Below, piece by piece: positions 29,860 to 42,800 of a DNA stretch of 64,000 bases. Source of the DNA: a virus (Duplodnaviria; Caudoviricetes); the IMG/VR virus record IMGVR_UViG_3300012344_000018, positions 1 to 64,000 of that record. One strand, 5' to 3'. The translations under genes were made by a program, and so were the position numbers. Under the pieces are notes generated by a model, which saw nothing but the letters and a program-made list of their open reading frames with translations, was not told where the DNA came from and searched no databases. Position 1 is the first letter of the stretch. The number at the start of each line of letters is the position of its first letter.

Positions 29860-30102
29860 ATGAATAAAAATTATAATAGAGATAAAAATATAGCTGCAAT
29901 TATAATTGCAATTCTAGCCTTGATTATGATTTGTTGTTCAAGTCATAATTCAAATGATGATAATAAAGTTTATATTGATTCTTGTTGTGCTGAAGAAGAT
30001 TATTATAATTTTGCTGAAGATACAACTAATGATGGATATGATACTGATTCTATTATCAAGATTGATAGTCATGGAAATATAATTAAAGAGATTCCCAAAT
30101 GA
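29860..30102 (+). CDS. putative lipoprotein/membrane-anchored acidic protein
   Basis: start reassigned to ATG 29860, after the terminator; hydrophobic segment ending ICCS. Confidence 0.55.
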   Translation: MNKNYNRDKNIAAIIIAILALIMICCSSHNSNDDNKVYIDSCCAEEDYYNFAEDTTNDGYDTDSIIKIDSHGNIIKEIPK

Positions 30103-30319
30103 TTCCGACTAAATATAATGTTCCGTTATGTAAGCATTTGATTTGCTCTACAAACGAGTTTAATTCAACTTCTGAATAATTATTCAGTCGTAACTACAAA
30201 TCGTTGTCACTCGACTATATTGAATCAATAGGCAATAAAATATTCTGTTATAATCTCATCTAGTTTAACATCATGATGTCATATAGAAGCCTGGCAACGA
30301 TTTAATCATCAAGATGAAC

Positions 30320-30375
30320 AATTAATCAACTAGAATCAATTAAGCCACTAGAGAAGAAATTAAAATATTAAATAA
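30320..30375 (+). promoter_or_regulatory. fixed-spacing intergenic element, copy D
   Basis: AATTAATC, 29 nt, then AAATTAAAATATTAAATAA; no substantial ORF follows. Confidence 0.55.
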
Positions 30376-30465
30376 TATATTTGTATAAGTAATTGTATAA
30401 TTTGATGGTTATTAGTTATTTTACCAGCAGTGGCTGGATTACGAATTTAAGTTATTAAACATTGT

Positions 30466-30507
30466 GAGGTGGAGTTTGACCGTGAGGTTGAGCTTCACCT
30501 TTTTTTT
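30466..30507 (+). terminator. intrinsic terminator ending the + arm
   Basis: gaggtggagtttgacc-GTGA-ggttgagcttcacc plus T8. Confidence 0.75.
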
Positions 30508-30541
30508 AATCATGGAAAGCGACACTAAATCGACATATACG

Positions 30542-30577
30542 AAAAACCCCTAGATTATCATCACGACAACCTAGGGG
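30542..30577 (-). terminator. intrinsic terminator ending the - arm and tRNA transcript
   Basis: cccctaggttgtc...gataatctagggg-ttttt on the minus strand. Confidence 0.7.
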
Positions 30578-30677
30578 AACGGCAAACACGTAATTGTTTG
30601 AGTAAGTAATTTATTCGCACATTCAACACGTTTAAGACATCTTGTTTCACTTTTAAATATATAACTATTACGATAAG

Positions 30678-30748
30678 TTGGAGCAACAAGAATCGAACTT
30701 GTATTAGAAGAACCAAAATCTTCTGTACTACCTTTATACTATACTCCA
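30678..30748 (-). tRNA. trnQ: tRNA-Gln (anticodon UUG)
   Basis: TGGAGTA/TGCTCCA acceptor stem, GAAGA-TTTTGGT-TCTTC anticodon arm, ACAAG-TTCGATT-CTTGT T arm; no encoded CCA. Confidence 0.85.
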
Positions 30749-30787
30749 ATGTTCGCATATACTTGAAGATGTTTTTGATTACCATCG

Positions 30788-30795
30788 CAAAGATA
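30788..30795 (-). promoter_or_regulatory. Bacteroidota -7 promoter element for the tRNA
   Basis: TATCTTTG on the minus strand about 40 nt upstream of the tRNA. Confidence 0.55.
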
Positions 30796-30873
30796 AGAAT
30801 TTCCTCCTATCTAAGCAATAGTAATCTAAAGTTTAACTTATATTATTTAATTAGCAACTTCTCTACGGGCGGG

Positions 30874-33800
30874 CTATCGTATAGAATTAGCTATATCATC
30901 AACAGGAATAAAACCTAAAACATTCTTTCCAAGTTTATAATAAGAATTACTCTTATCAAGACCAGCTATATTACTATAAGCTCTATAAATAGGAATTTGT
31001 CTAGTTGTAAGTACAAAGAGTTTATTCTCTTTAGCATAACGTCCACTAGTATAATCCCAATTATAATCATCACCTTGAATAATGCCTTCTGCTATAATAC
31101 CCATAGCTTTAATTAAATCACTAGGCATAGTTTGAGCAGCAATAGGAGAACTATAAAGCTTTTTACCTTCAGTAAATATGAAAGGAGGAGTGTACATCAT
31201 AGCTTGACTTGCAAGACTATCTGCTTCATAAAGAAGAAGATTAGCTGTAGTACTATCTTCTAATTCTTTATCATCCCATATACATCTAGTAGCAAGAGCT
31301 ACAGCCACGGCTGCTACTGCACCACAAGCATTGCCCATTGCTCTAAGTATAGCTGCTCTTTGATAACGAGGAAGAATATTCCAATTAGTTTTAAAGTTAC
31401 TTGCTAAGTCAACATAACCTTTAAATAGAGTTTGAAGACTTTCAAGAGCTTCAACTTGTTTATCGTTAAGTTCTCTTTCAGCTTTCATTTTACGAATAGG
31501 TAAAGAAAGAAAATCTAATAGAGCAGGACCACAACCAATAGTCATAGCACCTCTTTCTTCATTAAAATAACCTTGTCTTCTAAAATGTTTAAGAATACCA
31601 GGATAAATATGTTTATGATATTGCATAGCAAGACTACCCCACCAATTCTTTTCAGCTTGAGCTGCACCAAGTCTATCATATACACCATGAATTTCTTTAT
31701 TAACAGAAATAACTTTACCTTTAAATTCTCCAAGAAGTCTATAAGCATCAGACACTTCTTTATCTTGAGATTTAGCATCAAGGTCAGCAAGAATACTACC
31801 ATCTTTAAAAGCAAGTTTTCCATCTTTAAGGTCTAGTTGTTCCATTATCGTTGGGTTCTTCTTGAACTCTATTTCTGCTTTCTTTTCTAGTTCCTTCTTT
31901 TTATCTACAAATTGTTTCTTCTTATCAGCATATTTACCAGTAAGATAAAGATAAGCAAATTCAGTAGTAAAATCTTTACGACCAAATACATAATCTTTAA
32001 GCTTATTGGCATCATCTTTTACAGAAGAAATAAATTCATTAAACTTAGCTTCAAGTTCAGTACCATCTAGAATTTGTTTCATAGCATCTTCATGGCATTT
32101 AGCTATATATTCATACCTATTCATAGCACGATATGCTACTTTTCCTCTATTTACATTATCTGCAACAGGTACAAGTCTATTAGCAAACATCATACTAAAC
32201 ATAGCTCCATTTTGCATAAAATGTTCACCCATAGCATTAGGAGAATAAAGGAAGTTTCTAAATCTTTCAAAAGCAGTACCAGCATCAAGTTTATTTCCAT
32301 CACTAATTCCAGCTAATTGGTCAAAATCTACAACATTAAATTCTTTACAGATAGCATCTGCAAGAGTTGTAGATTTATCATTATAAAGACCTCTTAGGAA
32401 ACTAGGTACAGCATTAACCCACATTTCTTTACCTTTAAGATAATCAGATTTATCAAAGAAATCTTTAGCTATATATTCTCCAGCAATAGAAGATTCACCT
32501 ACAGTAATATTACCAATACCACCAGTTATATTAAGCATCATAAACTTAGCAGAAGTAAATGCTTGCATAACACTAGCAGCTTTAGTATAATTAGCATTGC
32601 TTTCTTTAAACTGATTATATATTAATCTTCTTATCCAATTTTCATATTGACCTTGAAGTCTAGTATCTTTTTGTTTAAGATAATTAATTTCATCTTTAGC
32701 TCCTCTTTGACCATCTCTTTTAAGATTAGACCAACCAAGATTCTTTTCATATACTTCCATTCTATCAAGCATTTCTTTTCCATAGAATAACATATACTTA
32801 TTATCTTGAATTGCATTAAAATGAGCAGCTTGAGTTATAAAGTTACTAATAACTGTACGATAATCTCTATTCATAAGAGCTTCATGAATTGCTTTATTTT
32901 TAGATTCAGCTTCTTCAATTCTAGCATTATAATCAGCCATTGCTTTATTGTATTCCTCTTCATCAGTATAAGAAGTTCTATTAGGTTTGGTTTTTCTAAT
33001 ATTCTCTATATTAATAGAATCTTTACTACGAAGTTCTTTCATAAGCATAGGCATATCTATAGTTCTATCATCAGCATAATCTATATGATAAAATGGGTCA
33101 CGACCATTTTGAAGTTTATCACTATAACCTAAGAACTCTAAGAATTGACTTCCCCACCATCTAGCATTATGTTCTCTACCTTTACTCATCATAGGCATAT
33201 ATCCATGACCTATATATCGTTTAGCACTTTCAGTCTTAGCAAGACTTCTAAGAGTACTATTTAAATAATCAAGAAGTCTTTGTTGATGAGAATTAAGAAC
33301 TTTATTACTATCATAAGTAGTATCAGTAGATTTCTTATAATTATCTATATTTCCTAAACCTTCTCTATAATTAGCATTTTTATATGCACCTTTAGGTTCA
33401 AGTTCAGTTTGAGAATAACCAGCTGTCCAAGTACCATTGTCATATCTAGGAATAACTTGAGTTTTTCTCCATATAAGAGTAGGTTCAAAAAGATGAGTAA
33501 AAGGATTATAAACATGATTACGTTCATACCATTCTTTAAACTCTTTATCTCCTTTAGCTCTTTGTTTTTTAAGTTCAGCTTCATAATATGGAGTATTTAC
33601 AGTTTCAAGATATTTACCAATAGTATTAAGAGCTTTAGTCTTAGCTTCCATTTCTTGACGAAGTGCAGCAGCTTTCTTTCCACTCTTATTTTTTAAATAT
33701 TTATCCATATCTACTTTAAGAGCAGAATATAAATATCTATTAGGAACTCTAGGTTTACTTTCATCATAAACTATATTTCCTTCACTATCTGTAACTACTT

Positions 33801-36800
33801 GGAACTTATCATCAACTTTAGGAATACCCATCATATTAACTCGTTCCCAAGCTTTATAATATTTATCTCCTTTAGCTTTAGCTCTTTCTCTTTCAAGATT
33901 AAAAGCAGTTTCATTATAAGAATTTAAATCGACATAATTTCTAATAAACCAACCAATCGACTTACCATTAGTACCATCTACTGTTTTCTTAATTCCAGCA
34001 AATAATGGTTGATAAGCATCATAAAGTTTATTTAAATCTTCCTCAGTCATTTGAGAAGTTTCAATATGTTTAGTAGATACATCATAATAAGGTCTAAGAA
34101 TATCATTTACTTGCTTTACAATCTTTTGATATTCTTCATTAGGAATACCATTAGATGACATTCTTCTATAAATTTCAGTAGGATAAACAGTGTTATCTTC
34201 AGGAGCATTACTTATTAATATTCTGTCACTACAAGTACCAAATTTGTTTATATCGTATTTACGTTCTGCTTCTTCTTTTATTTTTTGTTGATATTCGTCA
34301 GAATATGCAGAACCATCTATACGACCATATTCATCATAAGTAACTTTTCCTTCTTTAACAAGTTTCTTAGTGACAGCTTTAAATACTTCACTTCTATTAC
34401 CTTTATATCCTAAAGACTTATAAGCTTCATGTATCTCTTTTTGAATATCAGGGTCAATAGTCCATTTAGCATTAGCTGCTAACCAAGCTTTAGCTCTTTT
34501 ATAATCTTCATTTGCTTCAAGTTGAGATACTGGAACTCTAAGTCTTCCATAAGCATCACGAGCTTCAGCAGTTTCAATTATATCAAGATTCTTATTAAGT
34601 TGTTCTTCAAAACCTTTCTTTACTTTATTATCATTATATTTATTTCTTATTTCATTAATCTTAGCTAAATAGTTATCTAAAGCTTTGCAATCAGCATAAT
34701 TATTAGTACGAGCTTTTCTATATCTTTCTTCATCTACTATTTCTATAACTTCACCTTTATCATTAACTCTTGCTCCAGGATAACCTATAACAAAAGATTC
34801 TTTTTCTTCATAAGTATTAAAATCTATAGTAGAACGAAGTTCAAGAATTTTACTTTGTAAATCTTTAAGTTTAGATTCATCAGCAGGGTCAAGAACTCCA
34901 TTAATTCTACCTTCATTTATCTTTGCTATCTGAGCACGAAGTTTAGTATATTCTTCAAATATAGGCATATGATGAGCAATCATTTCTTCATCATTATCAT
35001 AAAGTTCTTTATAATAGTCATCTACAAATCTTCTATTAACATGGTCTAATAAGAACTTATCATATTTATGTTGAGCAAGAATATAATCTTTAGGATTGTC
35101 AATTCTATTAGCTTTAGCTTCTCTAAGTTCTTTAGCTATTGCTTTATAATCAGATTCAAACTTTTCATTATAAGGACGAATACTTCTACCATCTTTATCA
35201 ATTATATCATCAAAAGAAAGATTAACTCCGTCTCTTCTAGCATCAGCAAAAATCTTATCTAGTTCTTTATTAAAACTTTCTACTCGTTTCATTGCTTGCA
35301 TTTCTTTAGCTCTAATATCAGCCATTACATTTCTAGTAATAACTTGCACAAAAGCATTACCAGAATCTTGTAAATCACCAACCCAAGCATCAAACCAACT
35401 AGTAGAATGAAAGCCATCAAATACACTAATAATATTATTTTGAATCATTGGATTATCACTAAGTTTAGCAAGATAATCAGTAGCAAATAATGTTTCAGCT
35501 TGTTCAAGATTAGAACTATTAATAAGAGACTTAATGTTATCTTGAATCTTCTGAATATAATTAATAGTATTATCTGATTGTTTAGTCTTATCAACTTTAA
35601 CAGAAACAATATCTCCATATTTAGTAATTAAAGCTCTAGCGTCAAGAAGAGTTTTTAAGAAACGTCTTTGTTCCATAGGATTGTTTCTAATATAATTAAT
35701 AGTTTCAGCTTCAACTACAGAATGATAATGACCATTCTCATCAGCAAAAAATTGATTCAAATTAGAATTAACTTGTTCAACTTTAGTTCTAACATAATCA
35801 CTAATTGCACCATAAACTTTTTCTTCTTCATTACTAAATTGAACTTTCTTACCTTCAAATCCTTTTTCCCCTAATTTACGAACTTGACGTCTAGCTTCAT
35901 AATCACCTTCATTTGCTCTACGAGACATATCTCTATAAGCGTCAATACTATAATCAAGAATAGTAGCATATTTCTTCTCATTAGTATCAAGAATAATATT
36001 TTTATTCTCAACTTTAGGAACTTCTTTAACTACTACAGTATTTGGAGCAACTATTATTCCTAAATCACCAAGACGACTAATTTCATTTGGAGAATATTTT
36101 CTAAATACAAAATTTGTATCTATAGTTCCATCATCTCCAGTTTCAGCATCTATATAATTAGAAACTATATGTTGTTGATGTCCAAATCTATAATTTACCA
36201 TTCTACTTAGATAAATGTTTTGTATAGTAAATTCCTTACCATTAGATGTAGGATATTTAGCAACTATATCTTGAATAGCTGCTCTAGCTGCACCTTCATT
36301 ATATTTATCAGGATGATTTAAATCAAATACTCTTTCATTCTTTAGTTTCTTATATTTAATTCCAAGATTGTATTTAGAAGCAAGTTCATTTATATCTTCT
36401 AATTCAAGATTTTCACCATTATTCTTTTCAATCTCATTGATATAATCAAGATAAAAAGCTTCAGGTTTAAACTTATTATTTTCTTTAGTAAGACTTATTC
36501 CTGAAGTTTCATTTTCATCAAGTTTATTAATAGGATAAGCATAAACAGTTGTACCTATAGATTGAATCTTATAAAGAATACTTCTATATTCTTTATCAGC
36601 AGTTTTCTTAGTTTTAATTTCTACATAACTATTGCTTCTAAAATCATTAGGAATTTGTCTAGTAGAAGTGTCAGTTATAACACCATATTTAATAGCAAGT
36701 CTTCTATCTTCTTTAAGTTTATTCAATCTATCTTTAAAATCTTTTATTTCTTTAGAAATACGTTTTCTTTCTTCTTCATCAGTTTCATTATTAATCTCAC

Positions 36801-39800
36801 CTTGAAGCTCAGAAATAGTATTTTCTAAATCAGTAGTATCAGATAAATCAAATCTAAGAAGTTCTCTACTTTTTCTATTTTTATTAAGTTCATTAACTAG
36901 ACGTTTACCTACTTTAGTTTTAGTTTCTGTTTTATGATAAATAAATGAAGCATCACTATGTGAACGAATATAATCTTCAGCAACACCGTAGTCACTTACT
37001 TTATTATTAAACTCTTCAAGTATTTGTTTAACTAAACTAACTCCACCGAAAAGACTATTATCTTTAAGACTATCATTAGTAATAAACTTATTAATAGCAT
37101 TTCTTCTCATTTTAAAATTTTCAACTACAAAAGCATATTTAATCATATCTATTGCAGCAAGTTTAATAAGAGGATTATCACTATTAATTGCTTGGTCAAA
37201 CATCATATATGCAGTTTCAATATCAACAGTATCATCTTTAAAACTAATAGTTTGTTTAGATTGACCAGTTTGTTGAGCTTCATATTGATTAAACAAATTT
37301 ACTTTGCAAAGACCAAATATACCAGCATCTTCAGTATTAACTTGAAGCCAAGCTACTTTTTGAGCTGGAGTAAGTTTAGCAAACGTTTCAATTTCTTTTT
37401 GTGTAGGATAAACAATATCATTGACTGCAAACTTAATGTCACTAGAAGCGTTATAACCAAATATTCTTTGACGTTCAGCTATTTCATCACTATCATTGTT
37501 TAAACTAAACTGAGCAAAAGTACCATCTTGATTAAAAATAGGATTAACAGTCATTCTTATAGCAGGAGTATTATTATATATTCCACTAAGAACATATTGT
37601 TGAAAATCAGAATATTCTTTCTCATTTATTTGTCTAGTATTATCACTAAAAGAATCTTCAAGACTATAAATTATATCTTTAAACCAATTAGCTTGAGTAT
37701 CAAAAAGCATACTATTAATACTAGTAGAAGTAGAAGTAGCATATTTTAAGAAACAATGAAGCGAAGGATAAGCTGAATCTGAATCAATACTTTGAGTCAT
37801 ATAATGATATAAATCATAAGATTTAATACCATTGTTATCAACAATAAGCCCAGGATATATAGATTCAAGAAATGAAATAGAACTACCATCTTCTTTAGTA
37901 ACATCAAGAACACTATGTTGTCTAGCATTATCTCCATTTACAATAGTTTCAATATCTCTAAAAACTTTATTAGTTGCAAATATAGTTTGTTTAGCTCCAA
38001 ATCTATCAGGATTACAAACTCTTGCTAAACTACTAATACCTTGAGCAAGTTTATTAATATCATTATAAGCAAAGAGAATATTAAGGTCAAATAACAATCT
38101 TTCTACGGGGGGGTTAGTTTGACCATCTTCTTCATTAATTCTTGCAGCTAAATCATCGTAGTCAAGAATAATTCTATTATTATCTGTAAGACTATAATTA
38201 GTTTTAAGTACAGTATTAATTTTATCTATAGCTTTTTGTACACTATCTTCTTCAGTTACACCTATATTAAGTTCTATAGCTAGTTTCTTAATAGCGTTCT
38301 CAATAGGTTTAGAAGTTTCTTCTACATAAATAGATTTATTAGCATTATATTCATTAACAATTCTAGTAATAGCAGGCTGCATAATAAATGCACAAGTAGT
38401 ATCATAATTACTACCAATATCAGGAAGAGTTTTATATACAGCAAAAGTAAAATCATTTACGTTAGGTATAGCACCTTCCTTTACTGCATCAAGAATATGA
38501 GCAGTAGTTTGAGAAGTATAAGCAGTAAGAATACGTCCATCTACATTTTTATTGTCTTCAGACCAACCTATTCTAGTATGAGTAATAGTACATTTACTAT
38601 TACCTAAATCTTTAACGTTATCTTTACCGAATCTATTAATAAGTTCTTTAAGTTGTTTATTGTCTTTATAATGATAATTAATTTGAATAGTATTATCAGA
38701 ATTAATAGTTGGTCTAACTGTGTTACATACTGACACAAATGTATCACGAGTGACACTAAATGCTTTAAGTTTAGCACCACTCATAACATCTTCCTGATAA
38801 TCAGCTTGCTCAAGAAAATCATAAGGACTTCTAGCTTTACGAATTTCTTTAACTACAGGATTGATAACTTTATCACGTGCAGAAATAATATCATCAAAAT
38901 TAGAACGAGAAAGATTCTCTTCAAGAGATTCATCAGATTGAAGAATATCAATCATATCATCAAGAAGTCTATTGTTACGAGCATTACGAGTATTAGCATT
39001 TTCAACATTTTGACTAAGATACTCATCATAAGTCATAAGACCAAGCTTCTTAGCAGCATTATTAAATTTATCAATTCTAGCTTGAAGAATAGCTTTTGCT
39101 TTATCAGACTTAAAGTTTTTCTTATTAATATATTCGTTACTAATAGAATCAACCATATCTTCATGAATAGATATAAAGTTATTATCTGCTTCATCAAGAT
39201 TGGATTTATTCTCACGAATATAATCAGCTACAAACTGAAGTTGTTTAAGATAACTATCTTTAGTAAGTTTACCAGTCTTTTCATTCTTTACAGCTTGAGA
39301 TTCAAATGCAGTATGAGCATCCTTTACAAGTTGTTTTGTTTCATCAGAAAGAGCTTCATAAGCTTCAGATTCTTCAGCAGAAAGTTCTTTACGAGACTTT
39401 TCAAATTGTTCATCTATTTCTTTATTAAGTTGTTCAAAAGCAGCTTTAACTGATTTATCTTTAATCTTATCAGCTTTTTCAAGATGTCTATTTACATAGT
39501 TAGCATAATCGTAAATATCAAGAGTTTCAGAATAAGACTGTTTTCTAATATTACCACGCTTATCTACATAACTACTATATTGAATACCATATACAGAGTC
39601 AATATCAAAGTCAGAACCAGTCTGTGAAACCCAATCATCAGGAACTACAATAGTTGAACCTTGAGCATCATCAAGGAAACCAACTACTTTCATAACACAA
39701 ACAGATTGCTTACCTTCAGTAGGAATACGATAACCAATAAGAGTATCAAGACTAGCATCCTGAAGCTGTTTCAGAAGTCCTCCTATAATATTTCCGTTTT

Positions 39801-42800
39801 CATCTCTAATTTCATCAGCTTCTTTATAACTTCCATCTTCATTCTTAGCAAAACCAAAATTAGACTTAGGAAGCATAATTTCAATATATCTCTTACCATT
39901 TGGATGATATTTAAGTTCTTTGTTTATTGTACTACCTTTAACAATATGTTGTTTATCAGCTTTAAAACCTACATTAGTAATCTGAGCAGCATGGAAACCG
40001 GGAAGTTTTTGACGAGTAATATTTCTATTAAATACAGACTGACTAACACTTTCAAGTTTACTAATAGCATTACTAAGAATCATTGGCATATTAGGATTTG
40101 GTCTTCCTGTCATAGGATTAACAACTTCATTTTCAATAAGAGTTACATAATCCATCATATTACTATCAAGACCAAGACGCATACATTCTTCTTTAAGCTT
40201 AGAGAAGAACATCTTATAATCTATACCACTAATAGTACCATCGTCATTAAATTTAATATTGCCATTTTCATCTCTTGGAATATTAATTTCATCAGCTAAA
40301 GTATTAAAACTATCTTTAATATTAGCCGAGTAAAGTCTAAAGAACTCTTGTTTCTTAGCATAAAGAGGACTTAAAGGACTAATATTATCGATAATCTTTT
40401 TCATTATCTGAATACCAGCTTTATTCTCAGCATCCATATGTTGTGGAGTTTCTTGCTGAGTATAAAGATGATTATAATCATAATATTCAGCATAAGCTTG
40501 AGCGTGAGCATTAAAGTCATCAATATGTTCTTGAGTAACTTCACCAGTTTTAGAATCAAATATTTCAAGCACTCTAGCTTTACCAGCTTTACTTGTCTCT
40601 TCAGTATTAAGTTGGTCAATATTATTATCTTTCATAAGATTATAAACTTGTTCAAGTTGAGTACCTCTAATAAATCTAGGAACAAGAACAAATTCAGCAT
40701 TCTTAATTTGACGAGGAACAAATTTCTTACTTATAGGGTCAAAGTATTGGTCATAATAAAAATTCTTCTGAACTTGAACAAATTCTTTAATATCTCCACT
40801 ACTAAGAGGTTCGTCATTTTGAATCTTTTCAATAAGAGGTAAATACTTAGTTAATTGTCCACGACCAGCTACACGACGAACCCATTCTTCAAATGTAATA
40901 TAAGACTGAGCATCGTTTACAGTAGTACCAGTGAAACCACCACCACGCTTAATACTTCTATCTTTATTTAATTCTGGAGTACCATCAGATTTATATTGAA
41001 TAGGTCCGCCCATCAAATCTCTAGCTTGTTCAATAGTAAGACCTGCGTGTTTAACAAGGTCTTTTACTAAAGTACCATCTGCTCCTTCAGTATGTCCATC
41101 AGGAAATTGTTTTATTACTTTACATTCTTCAGAGGTTCTAATTGTATTCTTAATAGTTATACCTCTAAACTTAGTCATTTGTTGAACATCAATAGGATTC
41201 TTAAAACTAGCAAAACGTTTTTGAATTTCGCCATTATTAAGAGGAGAACCTACTACAGCTAAAGATTCACTAGCGTAATCGCTAGCGTAATCACAAAAAC
41301 CATAAGGTACACCACTAGCTTGACTTTCCTTACTACGTTTCAAGAAAGTCTGAGTATCTTTATAAAACTTAGTATCTCCTTCAAATAAATCATTAAATGA
41401 AATATAAGCAAGTCTATTATTAAGAACAAAATCAGCTACGTTTTGGTCATTAATAAGACCAGCAACATCAAGACCCTTATAAGTATCAAATTTTTCAACT
41501 TGTTGATTAACATAATTAGTTATAAACTTACTAATCATTTGAGTAACTTTATCATTTTGTTCTTTAGATAGATTAACTTGTACTTTGTCGCCATCAGAAG
41601 TAAAAGGAATATAAGCATCAATATCCCCCCCGTAGAGAGAACTGAATAGTTCATTCATTAAATTTTGAGCTACATTTGTAGTCGTACCATCATTATTAGT
41701 TATACTAAATCTATCATCTTTAAATAGACGACCAGTAAAAGTAAGACCTTTAGTTTTATCATTATATTCAACAAAATGTTTATGTCCTTTACCTACTTCA
41801 TATACAGCGTAAGCTTTACGAGCAGATTCTTCATCAAATCCCCAACCTTCTTTAAATTTAGGTTCTCCAAATTTATGGTCTGGACTTTCACCTTCTTGCC
41901 AACGTTGAATCCTACCATTAGCATCAGTAACAAACCATTGATTAATATTATGAGCCATATCAGTAAGTTCTTGAATAAAAACATTACGATATTGTTGGAA
42001 AAGAGGATGATTAATATTAATCTGTTTATCTATAATAACATCTCCTATCTTACCAGTACGATTAGCTTCACGTCTAATATTAGATACAAGACTTTGACGA
42101 ACATCAGAACCAAATTCATTTCCTATATGATAAGGTTTAGCATTTGTAATATAAACATTATTATCAGCATCAAATTCAGCTTTACCTTGAAGTACATATC
42201 TTTCTTGATTTCCTAATTCATCTGTATATGTATAACCAATAGTAATATTATCTCCATTACGATAACTTCCTTTATGATTAGTATCTTTAAGAATTTGATA
42301 GTCTCTAATCTTACGTCTATTAATTCTAGTAGCACGTAAATCTCTAATCATTTGATTATAATCTTCACGAGATTCAACTTTGATAAATTGTTTAAGTTGA
42401 GCCTCAGTAGGAGACTTTTCTACTTTAGGTATATCAGTCAAAACTTTATTAATAGCTGCTTCAACTTCTGCATTATTTTCTATAGTAAATAAATCTCCAT
42501 AATTAGCATCATGATAAGCATATCTAGCTGCTCTAACAATAAAATTCTTAGGAGCATCAGAAGGAATGCGCATAAAATAATTAGCTAGATTAATATCATA
42601 TTTATTATCACTATCAAAATCTTTCTCAGTATTAAAGAAATTAGCAAAACCAGTATAAACATAATCTCCTTTACTCATTCCTGAATAAAGAACATTTTCA
42701 CCTGTATTAGGATTACCAGCACCATTAAACAAACTAATATTAAGAAGTTGTCTAGCGTAAGCAGTTGGAGCATATTTATCTCCTATTTTCTTAAATAATC

